A stretch of DNA of 63,990 nucleotides, filler included, from Reclinomonas americana ATCC 50394 (Eukaryota), in the NCBI GenBank assembly GCA_048213135.1. It is 9 parts of 9 records of this genome, joined end to end, with 100 filler letters (N's around TTAATTAATTAA, not from the genome) between each part and the next. Parts side by side here need not be neighbours in the genome. Positions count along the whole stretch, not along the records: positions 53,801 to 57,172 come from AFZH01017555.1; positions 57,273 to 61,715 come from AFZH01017556.1; positions 61,816 to 63,990 come from AFZH01017559.1; 6 more parts are not named here. One strand, 5' to 3'. The translations under genes were made by a program, and so were the position numbers. The notes under the pieces are model-generated. The model had not been told where the DNA came from and did not search any database. It was given only the letters and a program-made list of their open reading frames with translations. This document shows, one piece after another, positions 55,117-63,990 of this stretch. How positions within the stretch are numbered: the first letter of the stretch is position 1; each line of letters begins with the position of its first letter.

Positions 55117-55356
55117 TGGTTACTGTAAGATGATTGCAATCAGGACGTGCTGTACAACTCAAGGCGACGTTCTCCTGCATGCAACTATGCTATACTGATG
55201 TGGTATGCCATATCAGTAGCTTGGCGGTGAAGAAACGAAAGCGAAAAAGCATGCAGTCGATGGTTTTATAACAACATGAAACAGCTGCAACGATCGCGGC
55301 AGCTGCACAGATACACACACAATCGACTTGCTGCAAGAGGTACTGTACAACACTGC

Positions 55357-56480
55357 TCATGAACTCTCCTGACTCTGGAGCGACTGCGCTAGCTGCTGCT
55401 CCTGTTGCTTGAGTCGCTTGACTCGTCGTTGTGAGCTGCTCAGTGCGTTCAATTCGTCCCGCATCTGCCGCAGCTCACTCTCACGATGCCGTCGCTCCTG
55501 CGCCTCCTGTGCTCGCGACACCGTTGAGTGGAGCGAAGGGAAAGCGAGCAGCCAACACTGCCTGCATACCTCATCCAATCGCCTCTGCTCCAGCAGCTCC
55601 GACCTCGCCACATCCATGGTCTTCTCCGTCTCCACGCGCTCGGCGTCGTCGGTGATGCCAAACAATCGCGCAACATCCAGTTTCGCCTGCACATCCATGT
55701 CGAGCTCTCGCAAGTCGTCCATAATGGCCTGTGCGTGCGTGCGTGAGCGACAGGGATCAGTGAATGGAAGCAAGCAACGTGCACACGCGCACCTCCAATG
55801 GATCGGGACCCTGCGAGTGCAACTGCGAGCGAATGGCGATCAAGTCGGTGGCCGACGAGGCCAACGTGCGCGTGCGATCAAACGTGCGCCACAGCAGCGG
55901 ATCTTCCGGCACTCCACCACCCGTGCCGGGACTCAGCAGACTGCCGCTGCTGGCTGCACGGCGTGTGAGACAACAACATTACAGCACGACGAAGATAAGA
56001 CAAACGCCACTCACCCGCCAGCTGCGAAATCGACATGGGCGTGGTCGGCGTACGCGGCGCCGCCGGTGTCTGCACACCACCACCACGTGAGCAACACATA
56101 CGCAATCACACAAGAGAGCGATCAGCACCTGCGCAGATGACGGCGACGCATCCACGCCCGGCGCCATGTGCACCGTCTTGCTCTGTACGCGCGCGCACAC
56201 ACACACATATAAGATCGTGAGAGACCGCTACTCTATGCCAAGACGCACGAAATCGCACTCAACACCACTCGGCGATCCAAGCACACCACTGCTCGCCTTG
56301 CGACGCGACGGCGAGCTCGGCTCGTCCTGCCCACCACTGCCAGCGGCGGTGAGCGACGAGGCCGCGGCGACCATAAAGTGTCGATTGAAGGGCGATCGCC
56401 GGATCTCCTCCTCCCACTCACTGGCATCCGCTCCCGGCTCCACAGGCGTCTTGCCGTAGCGATCTTTCTGTGCCCCGCCG

Positions 56481-56518
<38 letters not shown>

Positions 56519-56841
56519 CACACACGCACTTTCTCTCAGTGTCGTTATCACAAGCGAGGAGAACGAGCGCGCCAACCGCAACTTCCGAGAGAAGCACTGG
56601 CTTCTTCAGCTGCTCGCCCAGTCGCCGTGCGGAGTCCAAGTTGTACTGCTCACGCGCTGTGTGCACCGCAGGCGCCGGTCGAATGTCGGTCTAGGAAGAT
56701 TGGACGTTGATAAGTGACACAGACACACTCTCTCTCACTTTCTCGATTGTGCGCAACTCTTCTCACAGGCTGTGCGGGCGGCGACGAGGGTGGCTCGATC
56801 GCCAGTGAGGTGACTGAGCGGGTGCTGCCCAGGCGCCTCAT
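55357..56841 (-). CDS. uncharacterised protein with C-terminal coiled coil
   Basis: ATG 56841 (MRRLGSTRSVTSL..). GT-AG exons end AIMDDLRELDMDVQAKL../EAQERRHRESELRQMRDELNAL..QSQESS*. Confidence 0.55.
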
Positions 56842-57112
56842 TGATCGCGTGAGTGAGAGATGACGTCAACGACGATTGTCTTCGTTTGTCACAGGGGCAC
56901 TTTTTCACCGCGTTTCGGAGGTGTCCCCCAACCCTCACCAGGTCTCGCAACCTGTGCACGTCCGTTGCACAGGCGCCCACCATTCAAAAGTCCCATCCCC
57001 CAAAAAATTTTCTCTCGCGATCCCCCGTACCCCAGTGGGTAAAAAAAGGGGTGTCCCCGTGTCCCCCACTTGTTGCGTTCCCCCTTGTCACTCGGCCTCA
57101 CTCTCACACAAC

Positions 57113-60100
57113 ATGAGCAATGTGAAGGTCTGCTTCTCGGTCTCGTCTCACTCTACCTTCTGCTTCTCACTGNNNNNNNNNNNNNNNNNNNNNNNNNNNN
57201 NNNNNNNNNNNNNNNNTTAATTAATTAANNNNNNNNNNNNNNNNNNNNNNNNNNNNNNNNNNNNNNNNNNNNGCTCATCTGCTCACATTGTTCTTCTGTT
57301 GTTGTGCAGTGTATGATCGTCTGTTGGAGCGTGTGTTGGTGGCTGGCAATCGGCCAGAGACACTGCTCACGCTCTTTGAGTTTATTCGCACACACATGAC
57401 CAAGGTTCGACTTGTCGTCGTCGTCGTCGCTGTTTCACACACTCTCACTCACTCACCCTCGACCCTTGCTTGGCCTGTTGCTCCCTCCCTCTTCTCTTCC
57501 ATTCTTCGTGGTGTCTCGATGTTCGTCTGTTTTCCCGTGGTGTAGCCTCCGCCGAGTGTAGAGATTCTGTGGCGCATCGATCAGGCGGCGCAGCAACTGC
57601 AGGCCGAGTACCCACAAAGCTCCTCATCGCGCCTCTCCAAGGTACGGGTCAGAGTCGCGTTCTCCCTCTCTCGTTGCCACTCACTGTTGCACTCTGTCCA
57701 GGTGCTGAGCCACGTTCGACAGCTGGTGGTGCGCTCGCTCGAGTCGTCCAACTTTCAGGCCTCCTCCTCGTCGTCTGCCTTGTCGTCGTCGTCGGCGCCG
57801 ACGTCGGCTGCGGCCAGCTCGGTGAGTGCCTCCGCCACTGCGGCAGCCGGAGCATCATCGGCAACAACGGTACCTGCGACGGCGTCTGCGGGGTTTTCGT
57901 CTGGTGGCGGTGTGCTGAGCAGTCCAATGCCTGGTGCCACGCCGGTGAGCGTTCGAGCGCGTGTTTACGTTTGTCTCGTGTTCATTTTCGCTGAGTCGTT
58001 CGTCACTGTGCACAGGCTTCCTCCTTTGCCACAGGTTCTGCCGCCGCCGTGCCCACCGGCACTGCCGGCAGTATCATGTCGGCGGCCACCGCCGTCGCCT
58101 CGTCGTATGGCAACGGTGGCTCCTCCGGTAGTTGCGTCAAACTCGAAATGACGCGCGCTGCCTGGAAAAAACCTCACTCTTGGTACACGCCACGCAGCCG
58201 TGCCGTCGCCATCGCACGCTAGTGCACCGCACTCGGTGCTGCAACGTGTACCCAGTGGAGGCAACAGCAGCTTCGCCAATGTTGCGTTTGTGTATGTCCG
58301 TGTGTCTCGAGTCTGGCAGCTCCTAACCGAGAATGGCAGCACGGTGTGGGCACGAATGGACTGTCGGGCGAGGTGCGACCATTGGGTACGTTCGGCCCGT
58401 CGTCAGCAGCTGCTCTGGAAGGTTGATTTCTCTCTCTCGCTCAGTATATTGCTTCTTCATTGTTGGCTCACTCTCTTCTCGCTGCAGACCGCGATGCATT
58501 CGTGGCCAATTTGTGGCGTCGCAACGTAGGGCGACTTATCGGTGTGTGTGTGTGTTTCTCCCGATGTGGTCGCATGTGTGTGCTCACTGGCCTTCACAGA
58601 CACGGTGTCATTGCAAAATTATCTCATTTTTGGCGGTCAATTCAAGAGAAAAGTCAGCTCGCTTCGTGGCCCGCGGTCGTACGGCACGTGTTCCTGTGTT
58701 TCCTGAGAGAGATAGAGAGAAGCGAGGAGAATTCTGACGGACTTGCGCGCAGAATTCGACTTTTCCAACTCGCTGGAGTTGCTGGATGTGCAACACATGC
58801 GAACACGCATCGAGGCCGTGCTCGACGATAAGAAAACGTTTGTTCCGCATTCCTTTCCGCATGTGTCGCTTTTGTTGAATGTTCTCATTCTCCATTCGTG
58901 CTGCAGTGAGACCCCACCACCTCCACCCATCACGGATTACATTCGCGATTGGCGGTCCTACCGTGAGCAAGACCCGCTGGTCATGTCGCTGGCTGAACGG
59001 CGCAAGGTCTCTTTGGTCGTCTACTAGCGCCTAAGCGCACCCTCACGCACTGTGCTCATCGCCTCCTTCTTACACAGGTTTTTGAGATGATGTGCTGGCG
59101 TGCGAATGACGAGCGGTCGGCGGTCGTGAGAGCCAAGGCCACGCAAATCATGGTCAAGGTACGCCAGACGACAGCGAGTCCAACTTGATTGGCGGTTGCT
59201 CAGCACGTGCTCGTCGCAGATGTTTATGGATGCGTATGTGCGCGGAACAGCGGCGGCCGTGCGTCGCATGCTGCTCATGTACCGACGACTACTGGAGTCG
59301 CCGTCGGTCAGCGTGCGAGTCAGCGCTTTCACGCTGCTCCTCAACGTGGGTATCCACGCACACTGTCTGCGACGAGTTCCTGCCTCTGGTGTTTTGTCGA
59401 GTTGCGGAGTAGACGCACGCTCTCCTTTGCCGAGTGCGCCGTGAATCTTATCTCGCACGTCGTCGTACACGTAGGACTCTCAGACGGTGGCCCCTCCATG
59501 TCGTCGTTCCAATACTCGGATCGAGCTGTGCTCACGGATTTGTTCGAGAAATTTGTCGAGATGTTTACGGTGTTGTGCGAGAAGGACGAGAGCGAAGAGG
59601 ATGTGTGGGGCGCCGCGTACAAGGTGCTCAGCTTTTTCGCCGTGCGTGATGGCGAGTTGTCATTACGACAGTTGCGTCCGTTGCCCGACCCGCCTCGTTT
59701 GCGACTTCGGATCCGGCTCATTTACTCGCATTTTCCGCGCGCGCATCACAGCGTTCTCTGTCTCGACCTGCGCTCGGTGGTCTGCTGTTTGCGCACGATT
59801 GGACACCAGGGCGTGGAAGTGCAGCAGACGTTGGTGGCCATTATCTGTAGCATACTATATCCTTCGCGCATTGCCAGCATCGCTCCTTCTTCCTCCTTCT
59901 GCCATTGCTTCCTTGACTGCTGCTGCTTCGTCGGTGCACCTATGCTCGTAACTCGCAGCTCGATGTGGATCTCGTGAGCGAACTGGGCGGCATTCGCACG
60001 TTCCTACGACTATACCGATCGGTGGAGTCGCTCACAGCGCAGGAAAACCTGTTCAACATCATCTTCGACTACATTGTGATCTGCCTTCAGCGATCGGGCA

Positions 60101-61715
60101 AGGTCTGTGTGTCGCGCATTGCCTCGCCTGTGCCACGTACACGTGTGCCTCACCATGAAAGGGCGGGATCGCAATCAGATGACCGAGAATCCGCGCACAG
60201 TCAAGTGGCTACACCACTTGCTGGCCTCGTTGCACGCACCGCGTCATCTCGTGAGCGTGCTGATGGCGTGCCCGGCGAATTTCACCGCCGACTTTGTGCA
60301 GTTTGTGCACAATGAGATTCAGTTGTCGCCGACCGCGGCTGCCGAGTTTGATCGAGTTACATTTGCGCAACGGGATCTGCCTTCTATACTGAGTGACTCA
60401 CTGCGTGCGACGTTTACAGCCGGTGTTGACTGCCTTCATGTCCATGTTCGAGAGTCTGGTGCAGCGCGAACACCGAGTGCGTATGCTTGTCATTGTGTCG
60501 CTGCGGCGCCACGCATCTAACTGTGTTGCGTGTGCAAATTTGCAGCTATCAGAGGAGTTTGAGGTGGTGAAGAACTCGATGCTGCAGGCGGTGGACGATG
60601 AGGCCACCGAGTTTGCGCTGTTGAGCGAACTCTTTTTGTCCAACTCGCAAGAGGAACAGCTGCAAGCGCAGGTGCGTCAACGGCAACCAATGAGGCGGCG
60701 GCGCTTGGAGAAACTGATATTATGTTGGTGTGCACGCAGAACTGGTTGCTGGAGATTGTACGCGTGCTGGAGGACACGCCAAGCCCGGCACTCGAACGAC
60801 GACTGGCCATTCCACTACAGGGCCTGCTGAGCGAACTCAGTGTTCACCCAAATCCCAGTGTGCGACGAGCGTACTTGTCGCTGGTGGAACGCATGGTGCA
60901 GCAGCGCAAACTGAAGGCGAGTCCTCGTGTTCGTGTGTGTGTGCGTGCGAGTGTGAATTCCGTGCCGGTCTCAGACAAGACTGTGGTGCAACAGATGCGT
61001 TCGCATGGCGATGCGCGTGTGCTCCATCCACTGATGGCGCACCTGAACGAGCTGTTGGTTCGGTCGACGGCCGGCGGTGAGCGCGACCCATCGAACTTGG
61101 CTCGCGTTTTCCACATTCTCTTTAGTTTGGTCGCCTTCCCGGCGCATGGTGAGTGCAGCACCGTCCCCATGGTGCCACGTACTGTATGGGGCTTTGCACT
61201 CACTCGGGGAGACGCGCTCTCGACAGACTACGATCCATCTGTGAGTCCGAGTCTGCACCAGGTGTTTTTGAGCGGCAAGGCGCGCGTGTCGACAGACTTG
61301 TTGGCTCTCATCGATGTCGCGTTACTCTCGTACCTGTTTGGTCACTTGACAGAGGTGCGGTGTGTTGCCTTGCTGCGCTACGCAGTCGATTGACACAGTC
61401 GTCTGTGTGTCAATATACGTAGGTTTCGCAGCGGAGTGTGCGCGAGGTGGTGCTCATGTTGCTGGTGGAAAAATGCCGCAACGAAGAAACCTTGTCACGT
61501 GTCGGCGGCACCTCTTTCTTCCGTCGTCTGCTCGCCGACCCCGACCCTGCCATTGCATAGTTCCGTTGCCGCACGCACGTCGCTATTTGAAGCCGACTCT
61601 CACTCCCCGTCTCCCTCCCTCCCGCTCCTGCAGTCACGCCAGCCGCTTCATTCTCGAGCAGCTGGTCACCATGCGCGAGGAGCAGTACCGCGCCATCTTG
61701 CCGAAAGTGATTGCC
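57113..61715 (+). CDS. conserved armadillo-like protein similar to Arabidopsis At3g12590 family (spans gap; 3' end in gap)
   Basis: KIMVK/MFMDAY, SPSVSVRVSAFTLLLNVGIHAH, ESEEDVWGAAYKVLSFFAV, LGGI..ENLFNIIFDY, VGGTSFFRRLLADPDPAIAYHASRFILEQL match recalled motifs of this plant/amoebozoan family. Confidence 0.7.
59857..59939 (+). other. U12-type AT-AC intron (in At3g12590-like gene)
   Basis: CT|ATATCCTTC...TTCCTTGAC(59909-59917)...GTGCAC|C. Removal gives ICSI-L-YARNSQLDVDLVSELGGI in frame. Confidence 0.88.
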
Positions 61716-61815
61716 NNNNNNNNNNNNNNNNNNNNNNNNNNNNNNNNNNNNNNNNNNNNTTAATTAATTAANNNNNNNNNNNNNNNNNNNNNNNNNNNNN
61801 NNNNNNNNNNNNNNN

Positions 61816-63339
61816 CTGTTGTTGTGGCGACGACTGCGGTAGCAGAGCGGCGACATGCGCGCCAACTGGATGCAGAAGCTGCTGCACGCGCTGTCGGGCA
61901 ACCACCGGCGACCGCATCAGCGGCACGGTGGCGCTGAGCGAAGAATCAGCCATGCCCGGCGGTGGCGACTCAAACGACCGCGATTGCTCATGCAACGACT
62001 GCACTCGTGGTATTCTCGGCAGCACCGTGGTGTTTGGCGATCTCGGTCGGTGGTGCGTCGACATCAAGTTGCTGCGCGACTGCAACGGGCTGCTGGTCAT
62101 GGACGACACAGCGCGGTCGTGCACGGTTGCGCGCACGCCAGAGTGAGTGCCTGCGGGCATCGGCGAGAGCGAACGTGCGCGACCGGAATCGCGGCGAACA
62201 GCCACCTCCATCACCAGGGACTGGCGTGTCTTGAGCGGTGCTGCCAACGCGCGCTGACCGGTCAGTTCCATGAGCGGCGCCGGTATGTCCGATTTGTAGC
62301 GCGGATGCACACCAACCGCGCTGACTGCATGCCCTGCTCCCGACCGCGGTGGTGATGCTTGACGCAGTTGTTGTTGTTGTTGCTGCTGCTGCTGGTGTTG
62401 CTGTTGTTGTGATGGTGGCGGCGAGTGGGACTGCTTGCGCACAGCGGGGAGGCGAACGCTGGAGTTGGACGGCGATCGCTGCAGCGTGGTCATGCGCATG
62501 GTCGTCTCGCTGGCCACGTTGGAACACGCGGCACGTGCGTTGGCAATTACGCGCAAGATGCTGTCGGCGTAGCCGCCATTGTTGGCGTTGCCGGCACCGC
62601 TGCCGCCGTGAACCGCAGCCGCGGGCGTGAGGGCGGCACCCATGAGACTGTGGCTGCTGCTGTTGGGGTTGAAGGAGGCCAGGGGCGCGGCAATATCCTG
62701 CACCATCGTGTAGCCGCCAACCAGCCGCGGCTGTGCGAGGGCCGACACAGAGGTCGCACCTGGTGTCGACGGTCGAGGCCCGCTGTGTGCTCGTGCGCTT
62801 TCGCCCACCACCGACAAGTCCGCCGACTGCGGCTGCTGCTGCTGTAATCTCTGTATGATGGGGCCGACGCGGTTGAGCCGTGCCGAGGAGGCCGCCGACG
62901 ACGACGGTGTGGAGTCGGTGCTTTCGGTAGCATTGGGGCCGTGCGCGGCGGCGGCAAGTGACGAGGAGGCCGCCGAGCGCGCCGATCCGGCCATGCCCAT
63001 GTTCTGCAAGTGCTGTACCACCGCCGTGGTCGACGCCACCGAGGCGCCCTGCGACGCCAGGTCGGGCAACTCGAAGAACTGCGCAAACATGTCGCGTCCC
63101 TGCACGGCCAGCTTGTCGCCTTCTCCTTCTTGGCGTTGCTCCGCCGGCGGCAGCGGCGATAGTTGCTGCTCGTCCAACGGCTGCGACCAGGGATGCGGGG
63201 AGGTCTCACCGCCGCCACCGCCTCCACCTCCGATCGCGACACCGCCTCCACTACTAACACCATCGCCACCCATGATGCCTGCTTGGTCCGACAGCGCACG
63301 TGGCAGTGGCAGTGCAACCTCGGCGAGTGTCGTGGCCAT
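61816..63339 (-). CDS. uncharacterised low-complexity (Ser/Ala/Gln/Pro) protein, large first exon; 3' part in gap
   Basis: About 500 open codons from ATG 63339 (MATTLAEVALP..) to the gap; no recognisable domain. Confidence 0.6.
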
Positions 63340-63990
63340 TGCTGTGAGGATCGAACACACACCATATATGATCAGAACACCGGCGCCGGTAATAAGGGAA
63401 TCGGAGTGGCGAGAGAGTGGGAATGGGAGAATCAGAGAGGAGGAGGAGGAGGAGGAGAGGGAGAGGGGAAAAGGAGAGAATACGGGGGCGAGAAACAACG
63501 GTGTCCCGTGAATGTATGTGCAACGGTCTGAATCGCGCGACCACTATCGGAAAACCAACTCGTCGCTGCGTCAGAGATGCGCAGGCGACACACACCAAGG
63601 GAGAGACAAACAATCACGAATCTTAAACGACGAAAACGTGGCAATTGAGTGCAGCTTTGCGCTCGGGCGCTCGAAACAGAGCGAACAAGCACAGAGAAGG
63701 AAAGTATTCCGCGGGCACGCCACTCCAAGAGTGGTCTTTCGCCAGTCGGGAGAGTGGAGGCAGAAGGGAGAGGAAAGAGGTGATGATAATGATGAGTGAG
63801 TGGAGGCAAGATGCAATCGAAAACCACAAAGCGCACTCTTCAGCTGAATATTGCTTCCTATTGAATTCGAAACCGTCGGGTGGCGGTGGTGGTGGTGAAT
63901 CCTGCACTGACTCACTCACACTCTCCACTCATCATCATGACACAAGAGGAGAGCACCACACACACAGAGAGAGAGAGAGGGCGACAGAGA

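Noticed and set aside
55193..55218. 11-bp hairpin TACTGATGTGG-TATG-CCATATCAGTA upstream of transporter
   Set aside because: Isolated short stem with no ncRNA hallmarks; could be chance.

Overview
Gapped scaffold (8 artificial N/TTAATTAATTAA spacers) of a compact, intron-rich protist genome using the standard genetic code. Gene content (CudA-like factor, coactosin-like domain, At3g12590-like protein) hints at Amoebozoa, which is inference only. About 18 spliced genes are visible: MSH2, a 4-TM protein, a protein with ~11 tandem LOTUS/OST-HTH-like domains, Furry/TAO3, DHX16, an orphan solenoid-like protein, a CudA-like factor, a CAP C-terminal domain, a coactosin-like ADF-H protein, OSCA/TMEM63, NACHT-pentapeptide-WD40, ABCB7, a small LEA-like protein, PNISR-like, CNOT2-like, an amino-acid transporter, an At3g12590-like protein and two unknowns. 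The most striking signals concern splicing. First, there is a frequent 'extra-T' donor class (GTTGCGT/GTTGAGT), used especially when the exon does not end in G. Second, there are three AT-AC minor (U12) introns with TCCTTGAC branch points. The LOTUS-like array, a possible ADF-H/CARP fusion and the NLR-like STAND gene also merit follow-up. Gene models and family calls were made by eye and from memory of family motifs, with no database search.
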